A stretch of 55,603 nt of DNA, counting the filler, from Sphacelaria rigidula (Eukaryota): NCBI GenBank assembly GCA_964200075.2. It is 6 parts of 6 records of this genome, joined end to end, with 100 filler letters (N's around TTAATTAATTAA, not from the genome) between each part and the next. Parts side by side here need not be neighbours in the genome. Positions count along the whole stretch, not along the records: positions 1 to 9,186 come from CAXNAA020009101.1; positions 9,287 to 18,471 come from CAXNAA020009102.1; 4 more parts are not named here. The stretch is one strand, 5' to 3'. The notes beneath the pieces were generated by a model. The model worked only from the letters and a program-made list of their open reading frames with translations, had not been told where the DNA came from and made no database searches. A program made the position numbers and the translations under genes. Shown in pieces: positions 1 through 12,129 of the stretch; position 1 is the first letter of the stretch; every line of letters starts with the position of its first letter.

Positions 1-307
1 ACTCAGATAGTCGATCAATGGACACGACTGCGATAGTCGATCAATGGACACGGCTGACTGCCGATCAAGATGAGGTAGAAATGTATATAAAGCTTTGTTG
101 ATGAAGAGGGAAGGAAGGGGAGTGGGCCCGATGGGGGCCAAGGTACCAAGATGCGACAAGCACCACTCACGTATGTCCAGTCACTAACATCACAACATAA
201 AGTGATCCCGCGTAGTACCCGGAACTCAAACAGGTTTATCACTAGACTGTTGTACCTTATCCTGACAAGGTGTATCACACTGACCACCCCAGACCATCCT
301 ACGAACA
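1..307 (-). repeat. LTR (3' LTR of copia-derived element, truncated by contig start)
   Basis: On the minus strand a G7 polypurine tract (308-314) is followed directly by TGTTCGTAGGAT at 307. The sequence recurs at 3945-4276. Contains 2 copies of a 26-bp repeat GATAGTCGATCAATGGACACGACTGC. Confidence 0.85.
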
Positions 308-2592
308 CCCCCCCATTGACTGCGGGTGTCAAAAGTAAGGTTCAAGGACCATACTTCGTGAACGGAGCTTCCCACCGAGAAAGAACTCTTCCGCTCACGG
401 TGCATTCAACAGGTGTATCCTCTCAAAAATGAATTTCATCACAACCATAAAACAACCGCAAATCCCGAAACTCGTCACTTCTTTCAACGACTATGGGACC
501 AGCCAAGAATCAAATACATCGGTATCTTCCTTTTCACACCAATAACAAAAAACAGGGATGTATGAGCTGTGTGTTCACCACTCTGCAGCTCCTGATGGTC
601 AATCCACGCAGAACGCAAGTCAAATTTTGCAACTGTACTAGCCCATGCTCCTTACAATAGCGTGGGTGGTCGTACTTAGCATCCGAGTAACCTGCACTAC
701 GCACGCGAGACCAAGCTCCTAGGTAACATATATGAACCCTCACAACACAGTGCAGTTGACAACTTTCGAAACTCGGATCATGTGTTGCAAAATCCACTTC
801 ACAGTCAGTCAGCTGCCTACAGTACAAGAATCAAATTTCAAAATTCAAATTCACCAATCCATACTACAGTAGTGCCTACGTCATCGAACAAAACTAGACA
901 CTCACTACATCTACTTTACCCCTTATTCCCCCTCGGTGACCGGCGGAGCAAAGCAGCTCAACGCCTCCAGACGAAACACACCATCAGCATCAGCCCCCCC
1001 CAATTCTTGTTCATCAAAGTCTTCCCCCCCCCGCTTCTAGGCCACGGGAAAGGAGTGCTGCATTCATCATCTTTCCCCAGTAGCGGGGAGATTTGCAGCG
1101 AGGGGCTGATCTTGATCCTGGTCGGTCACCGCCCTCCAAAACCATCCTTCACCTCGTGCTCGTCTCAGCCGTACAGACAGCACCTGTGTCGGACAAAGAT
1201 GGTTTTTGGAGGCTCAGCGTCTCACATATCGTGCAGACCCGAGGAGAATGGGCAGTGGGACAACAGAAAGGAAAAGTGTCAATATCCATGTTACTCAGGC
1301 GCGTCAATCACCAACCGATGAACATACTTTTACCACGTACCGTACTGTGGTGTCGCGTTACGGCAGTCGCGAACGCACACCCACATATTTTACCCGGATC
1401 CAGCACTATTATTTCAACTTTTCACTTCTCGTTCATGTACCACACACGGATCAAACGGCAGTTCGGCCGCTAGCATCCTGGTTTCATGAAACAGTACACG
1501 TTGCCTTTTACATGTCGTGCCAACATGTGTAAACCTGTATGGAATTCGCCTAGCCAGCCAACCGAGCAACGACCAGCTCCCATATGGGTGATGCAATGCA
1601 CTCTTCTTTTATCATGCTGTGCGCATGAACCGCATCTCGCACGTAACATTAGCTCTATCCATCAGCCATCAAATATGGGTCACATGCGTTTTGCTGGCCT
1701 GTAGCGCAGGAATCGTTAGTGCCCACAGTCACTCTTCCGAAATTATCATGATGAGGCCAAGCTACTGGTATTGCGCTTCTCAGTCCTTGCTCCTACCATA
1801 ACAACGAAGTCTCATCAACCGATCCAGTCAAGAAACCGATGCCTCGCGAATCCTACACTTCTCGGGATGATGACAACTTCTTCACTTAGATGTCGAGTTT
1901 CGGAACCCACCTCAAATTTCGTGGTCTCAACCATCGTTCATCCGCATACCCCTCTGCGGAAAGTTTTACCGACATCACCCTCTAGTCTAGTCAGACCATG
2001 GTGCCCCACGTGCCTGTAGTCACCAAGGCGACGAACAAGGTTCCACCTCAACCGATCGAGTAAGGGTGTGGTGCCCCACAGTCCTGCTCTCATCGGGGTG
2101 GCAACAACGTTACACATAAGCGTTGAGTTTCGGCATCCATGTCAAAACATGTCCTCTACACTCTTCACGCACTTCAGTCTGTGCAATTTAACCGATACCG
2201 TTCCACAGTCAAGTCAAGTCGCGGTGCCCCGCTCTCCTCACACTTACAAAAACGGCAGACGATCTTCTATTCATCAATCGAGTCAAACAAGTGCGCAAAG
2301 GAAGTCTGCACTCATCGAGACAGAATATTCGCCAGGCATCAACACTGAGTTTCGGCATCCATATAAAAAATATGGTCTCAGCATCGTCCAGAGATGTCCA
2401 ACATCTCGATCCACCTGGGCATCAACCTTTCCTTGGGTACATGAATCGTTATCTGCATGACGGTCACGAACACTCAAAACATAAAAACGAAGGGGTATTT
2501 GAATCATGCATAGGTCTCATGCCATCATTTTTTTCAAAAGGCTTCTGCGTCCGCTTCCGAACATACTGAAGAATCGGTACTACTCGACAACC

Positions 2593-3867
2593 CTACTGCC
2601 ATCGCTGTATCTTCTTCCATGTATCACAATCCTGGAACGAGTGTCCCTTTTTTCCGCATCTCATACAATGTCGTTCCGGACAGTCACGCGCGAAGTGTGT
2701 TGTTTGCTTCCGGCAAATCCAACATCGCCTCTCCTTCGCAGAACCATTTTCACGCCCGTCTAGTTTTGAATCCCCCGTACTTCCCGAGGTCCCTTGTAAT
2801 TTTCTCTTCCGACTACCCTTGCCACTGCTCTTCCCAACTGACATCAAGGCTTGGCTATCCTTCCCCTTGTTGTCTCTGATCATCCCGAACCTAGTTCTCA
2901 ACGTCGCCAACGAGTCTTCTACATCCAAGCCTTTCTGTGAGAGGAGGTGTTGTTTCTGGTGATGATAATCAGCTGTGAGTCTGTACAGAGAACGCGCGAA
3001 TACTAATTTCGTTGGTATCGGTTGTTCGAGAGCCGTTTCCAGTGACACAATAACGTTATGATATTCTTGCCAGTATTCCAGGGGGTCCTGGCCAGTTTCC
3101 TGTGTCATATGGAAAAACTTCCCAACCAACGAGATCTGTTCACCACCAGTCAACGGCGCATAATACTCTTCCAACGCTCGCCACGCCACAGACGGTCCCT
3201 TACAGGAGTAGACGGTTTGCTTCACATGCTTATCCTTTATGGAGCTCACCAATCCCGCCCACAAGAGTCTGTACATCTGAATTTCCTGTGGTGCTAATCC
3301 CTGACTAACCAAATCCTCGTTACTCGCACCGTGAACCTGAATATTTCGCATGTCTCGTAGGGCGCTCATAAAACTTGCTGCACTAACTTGTGTCAGGAAA
3401 TCATCACGAAACAACGGCCAATTTCCCTCCTGATCATCAAACTTTTCATCAACACGAAAATAATTCTTCACGCCTAGATGGGGGTAGTAAGCCGGGGACT
3501 CCTCGGTCGTACTTACTTGGGCGGATCCATCGCCCGTGGACCCTCGGAGAGGGCCTGATACAATACCTAAACCGCGTGGAGACCGGACCCTCCCTGTTCC
3601 GGCACCGGCGACGATGTGCCTCCCGTCGTCTGCCTCCCCCTCCTCGTCCGCTGCCGCTCCGGGGACAGTGGACAATGTCCCGCGCACTAACTGGGACACC
3701 ATCATCGTCTTCAGCTCCGCCAGCTGCTCGGTGATATCCGCCATCGAGTCTTGCAAGCTGGCGATATTCTCTTTCACCTCCAGCATCTCTGTTGGAGATG
3801 ATGTGTCTGCCACGACGGCCGAGTGTCTTTCCGCAGTGCTCCAGTCCGCCATCGATCCCTTGGCCAC
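2593..3867 (-). CDS. gag: Copia-type Gag protein with two CCHC zinc knuckles
   Basis: 424-aa ORF with an N-terminal coiled coil, a copia capsid-like segment (AWRALEEYYAP...FFHMTQETGQDPLEY) and knuckles CWICRKQTTHFARDC and CMRCGKKGHSFQDC. The last few codons are frameshifted relative to copy 2. Confidence 0.88.
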   Translation of the reverse strand: MAKGSMADWSTAERHSAVVADTSSPTEMLEVKENIASLQDSMADITEQLAELKTMMVSQLVRGTLSTVPGAAADEEGEADDGRHIVAGAGTGRVRSPRGLGIVSGPLRGSTGDGSAQVSTTEESPAYYPHLGVKNYFRVDEKFDDQEGNWPLFRDDFLTQVSAASFMSALRDMRNIQVHGASNEDLVSQGLAPQEIQMYRLLWAGLVSSIKDKHVKQTVYSCKGPSVAWRALEEYYAPLTGGEQISLVGKFFHMTQETGQDPLEYWQEYHNVIVSLETALEQPIPTKLVFARSLYRLTADYHHQKQHLLSQKGLDVEDSLATLRTRFGMIRDNKGKDSQALMSVGKSSGKGSRKRKLQGTSGSTGDSKLDGRENGSAKERRCWICRKQTTHFARDCPERHCMRCGKKGHSFQDCDTWKKIQRWQ

Positions 3868-3920
3868 GAACCTCCCAAGTTGGGTAGGGGCTCTAGAGCG
3901 TATGTAGCTTCGTGACCCCG

Positions 3921-4276
3921 TGAGAGGATGGGGTGCAGACTCGGCTCAGATAGTCGATCAATGGACACGACTGCGATAGTCGATCAATGGACACGACTGC
4001 GATAGTCGATCAATGGACATGGCTGACTGCCGATCAAGATGAGGTAGAAATGTATATAAAGCTTTGTTGATGAAGAGGGAAGGAAGGGGAGTGGGCCCGA
4101 TGGGGGCCAAGGTACCAAGATGCGACAAGCACCACTCACGTATGTCCAGTCACTAACATCACAACATAAAGTGATCCCGCGTAGTACCCGGAACTCAAAC
4201 AGGTATATCACTAGACAGTTGTACCTTACCCTGACTAGGTGTATCTTACTGACCACCGCAGGCTATCCTACGAACA
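3921..4276 (-). repeat. Complete ~356-bp LTR shared by two tandem elements
   Basis: Minus strand reads TGTTCGTAGGAT...ATCCTCTCA (TG...CA ends). PPT at 4277-4283; 3 copies of the 26-bp repeat. The 3921 boundary is inferred from the CA end and the short terminal inverted repeat. Confidence 0.8.
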
Positions 4277-6579
4277 CCCCCCCATCGACCGCGGTGTCAA
4301 AAGTAAGGTTCGAAGACCATGCTCAGTGAACAGAACTACCCACCGGGGAAAAAACTCTTCCGCTCACGGCGCACTCAACAGGTGTATCCTCTCAAGAAAT
4401 GAATTTCATCAGCAACCGTAAAGAACTCTTCCGCTCACGGCGCATTCACCAGGTGTATCCTCTCAAGAAATGACTTTCATCAGCAACCGTAAAACCACCG
4501 TAAATCCCGCAACTCGTCACTTCTTCCAATGACTATGGGACCAGCCAAGAATCAAATACATCGGTACATTTCTTTTCACACCAAGACAAAAAAACAGAGA
4601 TGAATGAGCTTTGTGTTTTACCACACTGTAGCTCTTGATGGTCAACCCAAGCGAAACGCAAGCCAAATTCTTGAACTGTACTAGCCCATGCCCCTTACAA
4701 TAGCGTGGGTGATCGTACTTAGCATTCAAGTAACCTGCACTACGCACGCGAGACCAAGCTCCTAGGTAACATATATGAACCCAAACAACACAGTGCAGTT
4801 GACAACTTTCGAAACTCGGATCACATGTTTCAAAACCCACTTCACAGTCAGTCAGCTGCCTACAGTACAATAATCAAATTTCAAATTTCAAATTTCAAAA
4901 TCAACAATCCATACTACAGCAGTGTCTACGTCATCAAACTAAACTAGACACTCACTACATTTACGTAACCCCTTATTCCCCCTCGGTGACCGGCGGAGCA
5001 AAGCAGCTCAACGCCTCCAGACGAAACACACGATCAGCATCAGCCCCCCCCCCAATTCTTGCTAATCAAAATCTTCCCCCCCCCGCTTCTAGGCCACAGG
5101 GAAGGAGTGCTGCAGTCACCATCTTTCCCTCGTAGCGGGGAGATTTGCAGCGAGGGGCTGATCTTGATCCTGGCCGGTCACCGCCCTCCAAAACCATCCA
5201 TCACCTCGTGCTCGTCTCAGCCGTACAGACAGCACCCGTGTCGGACAAAGATGGTTTTTGGAGGCTCAGCGTCTCACATATCGTGCAGATCCGAGGGGAA
5301 TGGGCAGTGGGAAAACAGAAAGGAGAAGTATTTATATCCATGTTACTCAGGCGCGTCAATCACCCACCGATGAACATACTTTTACCACGTACCGTACTGT
5401 GGTGTCACGTTACGGCAGTCGCGAACGCACACCCACATATTATACCCGGATCCAGCACTATTTTTTCAACTCTTCACTTCTCGTTCACATACCACACATG
5501 GATCAAATGGCATTTCGGCCGCTAGCATCCTGGTTGCATGAAACAGTACACTTTGACTTTTTACACGCCGTGCCAACATGTGTAAACCTGTATGGAATTC
5601 GCATGGCCAGCCAACCGAACAACGACCAGCTCCCATATGGGTGATACAATGCACTCTTCTTTCATCATGCTGTGCACATGAACCGCATCTCGCACATAAC
5701 GTCAGCTCTACCTATTTGCCATCAAATCTGGGTCACATGCGTTTTGCTGACCTGTAGCACAGGAATTTCATTTGTGCCCACAGTCACTCTTCTGATATTA
5801 TCATGATCAGGCCAAGCTACTAGTATTGCGCTATACACAGTCCTTGCTCCTCCCATAACAACAGAGTCTTATCAACCAATCCAGTCAAGAAGCCGATGCC
5901 TCGCGAATCCTACACCTCTCGGAATGATAACAACCTTTTCAATTAGATGTCGAGTTTCGGAACCCACCTCAAATTTTGTGGTTTCAACCATTGTTCATCC
6001 GCATACCCCTCTGCGGAACGTTTTTACCAACATCACCCTCTAGTCTAGTCAGACAATGGTGCCCCACGTACCTGTACTCACCAAGGCGAAGAACAAGGTT
6101 CCACCTTAACCGATCGAGTAAGGGTGTTGTGCCCCACAGTCCTGCGCTCATCGGGGTGGCAACAATGTTACACATAAGCGTTGAGTTTCGGCATCCATGT
6201 CAAAACAAGTCCTCAACACCCTTCACGCACTTCACTCTGTGCAATTTTACCGACACCGTTCCACAGTCAAGTCAAGTCGCGGTGCCCCGCTCTTCTCACA
6301 CTCACAAAAACGGCAGACGATCTTCTACTCATCAATCGAGTCGAACAAGCGCGCAAAGCAAGTCTGCACTCATCGAGACAAAAAATATTCGTCAAACATC
6401 AACACTGAGTTTCGGTGCCCATATCAAAAGTATGGTCTCAGCATCGTCCAAAGATGTCAAGATCTCGATCCACCTGGGCAACAAACTTTCCTTGGGTACA
6501 TGAATCACTATCTGCATGATGGCCACGAACACTCAAAACATAAAAAACAAAGGGATATTTCAATCATGCATAGGTCTCA

Positions 6580-7513
6580 TGCCATCATTTTTTTTTCCAA
6601 AGGCTTCTGCACCCGCTTCCGAACATGCTGAAGAATCGCTACTACCCGACGACCCTACTGCCATCGCGGTATCTTCTTCTCCTGTATCACAATCCTGGAA
6701 CGAGTGTCCCTTTTTTTCGCATCTCATACAACGTCGTTCCGGACAATTACGCGCGAAGTGTGTTGTTTGCTTCCGGCAAATCCAACATCGCCTCTCCTTC
6801 GCAGAACCATTTTCACGCCCGCCTAGTTTTGAATCCCCCGTACTTCCCGCGGTCCCTTGTCATTTTCTCTTCCGACTACCCTTGCCACTGTTCTTCCCAA
6901 CTGACATCAAGGCTTGACTATCCTTTCCCTTGTTGTATCTGATCATCCCGAACCTAGTTCTCAACATCGCCAACAAATCTTCCACATCCAAGCCTTTCTG
7001 TGAGAGGAGGTGTTGTTTCTAGTGATCATAATCAGCTGTGAGTCCGTCCAGAAAACGCGCGAATACTAATTTCTTTGGTATCGGTTGTTCGAGAGCCGTT
7101 TCCAGTGACACAATAGCGTTCTGATGTTCTTGCCAGTATTTGCGGGGGTCCTGGCCAGTTTCCTGTGTCATATGGAAAAACTTCCCAACCAACGAGATCT
7201 GTTCACCACCAGTCAACGGCGCATAATACTCTTCCAACGCCCGTCACGCCACAGACGGTCCCTCACAGGAGTAGATGGTCTGCTTCACATGCTTATCCTT
7301 CCTGGAACTCACCAATCCAGCCCATAAGAGTCTGTACATCTGGATTTCCTGTGGTGCTAATCCCTGACTAACCAAACCCTCGTTACTCGCACCGTGAACC
7401 TGAACATTTCGTGTGTCTCGTAGGGCGCTCATAAAGCCTGTTGCACTGAATTGTGTCAGGAAATCATCACGAAACAATGGCCAATTTCCCTCCTGACCAT
7501 CAAACGTTTCATC
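6580..7513 (-). pseudogene. gag: Second gag copy, 5'-deleted, with stop codons
   Basis: ORF pieces 7244-7477 and 7019-7237 match the first Gag (FRDDFLTQ..., EEYYAPLTGGEQ...), interrupted by stops. Joins directly to an LTR fragment at 7514. Confidence 0.85.
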
Positions 7514-7616
7514 ATCCCGCGTAGTACCCGGAACTCAAACAGGTATATCACTAGACAGCTGTACCTTACCCTGACTAGGTGTATCTTACTGACCACCGCA
7601 GGCTATCCTACGAACA
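7514..7616 (-). repeat. 5' fragment of LTR; outer end of the array
   Basis: Matches 4174-4276 with one mismatch. Ends in CGAACA followed by unique sequence rather than the PPT. Confidence 0.85.
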
Positions 7617-8042
7617 TCCTCTACTCTCAATCTCACGAAAACACTGTTAAAGTCGTTTTCTTCGATATCGCATCATGCATATTCAGATATCTCAAGTCTG
7701 TCCATGTATCAGTGAAACATATGAAAACAACACCTTCATATGAAACGCGCACACTCAATCGAGTACTAGACACCCAATCTGGCGGAAAGGTTGTTGCGAG
7801 TATGCTGAAAATGGTAGCAGAGATTGTCAGCCGTCGAACAATTTTCAGCGTCAGTACAATTCTCAAATAGATCGCTCTGCTTGGCATCGTGCTTCCAACT
7901 TTCTTCTTATTTTCTTCTTTTTTTCTCTTCTTTTTTTCTTTTTTCTTTTCCTTTGTTATGATGGAAAAGGAGCATAATGAGAAATCATGCGCCGTTCTGA
8001 TCTAGCAAGCTAGGGCGAGAAACAACTGACACCGATACACCC

Positions 8043-8448
8043 ACACATTCCGTAGCCACCGTTCAAGCCATCGTGGGGTCCAAGCGGCCTGGTAGCGCAG
8101 GAGAAACGCGCCTGCTATACTCACAGGGCCGAAAAATATATCTGATCCGCGCTGGACTGGACTTGGACATAGCTTTTGTCAAAAGCGCGACTTACGCAAG
8201 TTGGACATAAGCTATGTCGGCTGGAGGCATGGGAGCACGTAATCATGTGCTGCTGCACAGTGCCAAAAAATACCGCTAACCGACTGGAGGTAGACGAAAG
8301 CTATGTCCAAGCCGCAAGCACCTCCAGGGATTGGAATACCTGCCCGCGCTCGTCCCACGTGCCTTGCATCGACACTACAGCAGTTGCAACACACTCACAC
8401 ATTCCGTAGCCACCGTTCAAGCCATCGTGGGGTGCAAACGGCCTGGTA
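8043..8448. repeat. ~52-bp direct repeats enclosing a 19-bp inverted repeat
   Basis: CACATTCCGTAGCCACCGTTCAAGCCATCGTGGGGT at ~8043 and ~8396. CTTGGACATAGCTTTTGTC (8162-8180) is inverted to GACGAAAGCTATGTCCAAG (8293-8311). Confidence 0.55.
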
Positions 8449-9186
8449 TCACACGTGGACAGATAGCACCATGTGGGGCGCACTGTGCAGGGTCCGTACA
8501 GGGTCCTCCACAGTCTTTGTGTAAAACCCTGACAGAGAAAAAGCAAATCTGTACCTGTCGTAGCGTTTTTGTCGAAACCCTGCAAGCAACCCTGTGGAGA
8601 GGCCCTCCCAATTTGGAAAATTCCAAATCATTTTTTTCTTCAAAAATTCCAAATTATTTTGGTACAAAGTCTGTAAATTTATTTATTCAAAATAGCTTGT
8701 CCTGACAAGCTATTCAAAACAGATCCTTTTCTCGCCCAATTTATTTGGGCAAAAAAAGGATTTATTACGAACAGCAGAGGAACCTATTCAAAGTAGATCC
8801 TGTTTTCGCCCATTTAAATTGAGCAAAAAAACGATTTATTTTGAACAGTTTTTTCCGTCGCACAAATCCCATGCACACTGGCGGATTTGAAATTTGAACA
8901 GCAGAAGAAGCTCGAAATAAATCTTCACTTTGCCCTCCAATTCATCCGGAAATTGGGCAAAAAGAGATTCATTGCGAGCAGCATCAGCTGGGCATATCCC
9001 GTATACTGCACCGTTATCAGCGCATGAGATCCGACACGCAGAAAAAAATGTTGAAAGTAATTCATCCTTTTGCCCCCCAGTTCATGTACCAATTGGGCTA
9101 AAGGATGAATAATTCTCAACAGCATTTAACAACAAATTGTGAGAATTGAGGTTTAACTTCGAGATGAGGCTCAAGCCCAAAACAGT

Positions 9187-9286
9187 NNNNNNNNNNNNNN
9201 NNNNNNNNNNNNNNNNNNNNNNNNNNNNNNTTAATTAATTAANNNNNNNNNNNNNNNNNNNNNNNNNNNNNNNNNNNNNNNNNNNN
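9187..9286. other. Artificial contig linker N44-TTAATTAATTAA-N44
   Basis: Identical 100-bp spacer occurs five times; TTAATTAATTAA gives stops in all six frames. Confidence 0.97.
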
Positions 9287-9444
9287 TCCCACGCCGCACA
9301 ACATGATCTAGCTGGACTACCATCATGGTTACTGCAAAAAGAACGCAAGCGCGCAAAAAAATCGGTAACCTGGTTGCCTAGCTTACGCAGTGAGTGGCGT
9401 GTTTTACAGTGTCATCGCCAACCGAGGCTAACCCCATCGGGGGT

Positions 9445-9605
9445 CCGCCCCTACAAAGCCGAGATGGAGCACGCCGGGTTCTCGCCGAGGGAGGGGGGAC
9501 GGGGTGTACTCATGATCCTGGAGGCCATAGTTATGTGATGGTTGACCTCGCATCCCTACAAAGCCGGGACGGAGCACGCCAGGTTTTCGCCGGACCAGGC
9601 TCGCA
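9445..9605 (+). repeat. Dispersed repeat family, core CCCTACAAAGCCGGGACGGAGCACGCC (two tandem copies here)
   Basis: Related copies at ~34560-34665 and ~46520-46620 on other contigs. Class unknown. Confidence 0.6.
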
Positions 9606-10033
9606 ACCAATCACCAAGCGCGAAGCACCCTAATGTGTTCGGCGAGCCGCATGAATAGTTAGCTGCATCCTGCTGAGATTGTACGGCCCGAAGCACTCTG
9701 ATTTTCTTGCATATGGACGATAATCTCCAACGAGTTCCGTCATTTTCCTGTTACTATATTTTTATTCATGTGTGTCGCATGGCACGAGTTTTCGACCCCA
9801 GGGTACACTGATCCACTTACTGCACAAGAGGGGGGGTTATAAATGTTAAGCGCCCGGAAAATCTTCGCCACAAGGCTATGCACCCCACCTCTCTCACCAT
9901 GCAAGTCGGCCTACCTGCACCGCAAGACTCCGTAACATTAGCAACTTCACTCCCCCCCTGCTCCCCCCTTCCCCCTTCCCTACCTGCTCACACACGCACA
10001 ACGCGCAAACCGCTTGCGGCACGCTTGTCCAAG

Positions 10034-10431
10034 TCCCGCCCCAACATCTTCGACCTGGAGATTAGACGTCCGGAACTACTCTATAAGACGGTGGTTGAAG
10101 TGTGCGAGCGGGTCGTCTTGGACAAGGAAAACGAGGGTGGCTGGGAGGAACTCGCCGCCGAGAGAGATGGCGACGAAGACGGCCACAATACCGTCATCGC
10201 TGCCGCCCCTAGCACGGGCGGGAAAAAAGGCGCGGGAAATGCGTGGTCCGGAAGCACGATCAAGAGTGGCAGCAGGAAGAGGAAAATGTTGTCGAGCGAG
10301 GGGGTGGTCGTGGGATTAACCGGAGAAGGAGTGAGAGTAGTGCAAGAGCCCGATATGGTGGCGGTGCGGAGTAGTCTGCAGGGCGTCCTGGACCAGGGCA
10401 TCACCAGCTTGGCGATTGTTTTGTTGCACAG
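10034..10431 (+). CDS. OXP1: 5-oxoprolinase (ATP-hydrolysing), internal exon A
   Basis: AG|SRPNIFDLEIRRPELLYKTVVEVCERV...GITSLAIVLLH|GT; hydantoinase/oxoprolinase N-terminal region. The phase-2 end joins exon B to give HSYTFPEHE. Confidence 0.92.
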
Positions 10432-11865
10432 GTACCGTGAGTATTACTCTTAGTACTACTGCTGATACTACTGCTACTACTACCACCACCACTAGCAATA
10501 CCGCTCTTACCGCTGGAGACAGAAGGCCAAGGTGGCCCGTAGTTTTTTCTGATTGGCCAAAAACAAAAAACAGAAAGATCTGACTCGCCGATCTTGATCG
10601 GTGAACGTGATTTTCTAGGAGGTATTCGATGGGTGTGGTGCTAATTTTGGCGCTTTTGTCAAGGTAGTATATGTACACCAACGCTCACCGGTGCTCCGAA
10701 GGAACAGTTCGATCGTGACGATAGAGCGAGATAAGAACCGCCATGAATGGGAGGCCGATTTTCCTTGGCCAAAATTGGGTGCCACTTTGCCCGTCTGTCT
10801 CTTGCATAGTTACTGTGTGCGGCCTCTCATATTTTTCATCGCATGCCAAGGTGTCGCACTGGGCTTTTGTTTTGGCAATCCTTATTTCCCTTGTTTCTAC
10901 TCACAAGACTTATCATGAGTATAATTCAGCGAATCGAGACAGCTGGAGACGATCGACGGTGCCCATTAACGCCACTTGTACCGCCTGGCACCCGTCGTTG
11001 AAACGTCACATGGACGAAATCTGCGAGGGGGGGGGGGGGGGGTTCGCAAAGTTTTTTTTCGCGGAAAGACACCACTCCCATTGGCAGATCTTTTGTCATG
11101 CGTACGCTTCGCATCATAGTCATTGGTGTACAATGGATGACCATGTATATACGAAGTATATATATATATCGGCTTCGCAGTTCAGAAAAACAGTATCGTC
11201 ATAATCTCGCCAGCAGCATATGTGGTCATGCATGTGCGAAGATGTCAGGATACACAGTGGGGGGGGGGGGGGGTACAGAATACACAAGGAGAGGGGGGGA
11301 AAGCATGAAGCGATAACAACGTGCCACGCTCGTCCATCAGCCATTCGCCACTGACCGCTATATAGCACGAAGGATTACGCATGTATTGTAATCAAGAAAA
11401 CTCCTCGATATATGTATGTGAATACGTGAATAACAGGCCGATAAAGTAAAAATATTAACAAGTTAGCTTGTACTACTGCTCTACTTTGCGTCAACCTTTT
11501 GTGGTACGTTTTTGCACTGATATTAATATTAACGAAGCAGACACCCGCATACACGCTCATATATATATATATATTGCTACGTCTATATTGGTGATGCTAC
11601 CCTTAAGTCATAATCCACATCCTCAATGCGCCAAGGTTTTCCGTAGCCGTTCTCGATCTGCGCATATCTCCCTTACGTTGGGGAAGAGAGAAAATGCGTT
11701 GTATCCTCCAAAAAATGTACCCCTCTCTGGTGTGTGTGCTCGGTTCTTCAGACCGACACATTTGTTTGTGTCTCACGTTTCGACTTTGTCGTGACCATAT
11801 ACATACACACCATACATGTACTACGGTTGTCTTTCTGCCTCCACTTTTCCACACACGCCACGAAG

Positions 11866-12058
11866 TTATACGTTCCCCGAGCACGAGCAGCGAGTGGGAA
11901 AGCTCGCCAAGGAAATGGGGTTCAAGCACGTGTCTCTGTCGTCCGAGGTTATGCCCATGGTCAAGGCCGTGCCGAGGGGGTTCACTACCGCGGCCGACGC
12001 TTACCTCACCCCCGTGATCGCTCGCTATGTGCAGTCCTTCCGTTCGGGCTTCGACGAG
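11866..12058 (+). CDS. OXP1: 5-oxoprolinase exon B
   Basis: [49 protein letters not shown]..., bounded by AG/GT. Confidence 0.95.
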
Positions 12059-12129
12059 GTAATTGTATTGTAGGAGATGCACGTATCATTGGCAAAAAAT
12101 GAAACAACAACAAGAATAGAGGAAATGAA

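Larger units (their letters stand above)
1..7616 (-). mobile_element. Tandem non-autonomous Ty1/copia-type LTR retrotransposon (LTR-internal-LTR-internal-partial LTR)
   Basis: 308-3450 is repeated at 4277-7513 with scattered substitutions and indels. LTR copies lie at 1-307, 3921-4276 and 7514-7616. A PPT abuts the first two LTRs. Gag is present; there is no intact pol. Confidence 0.85.

Noticed and set aside
1093..1473. 126-aa antisense ORF kept in both retroelement copies (also 5145-5525)
   Set aside because: Non-ATG start, no recognisable domain, and the copies are similar enough for chance retention.
9231..9242. TTAATTAATTAA palindrome recurring every ~9.28 kb as a biological periodic signal
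   Set aside because: Always centred in 88 Ns; it is an assembly linker.
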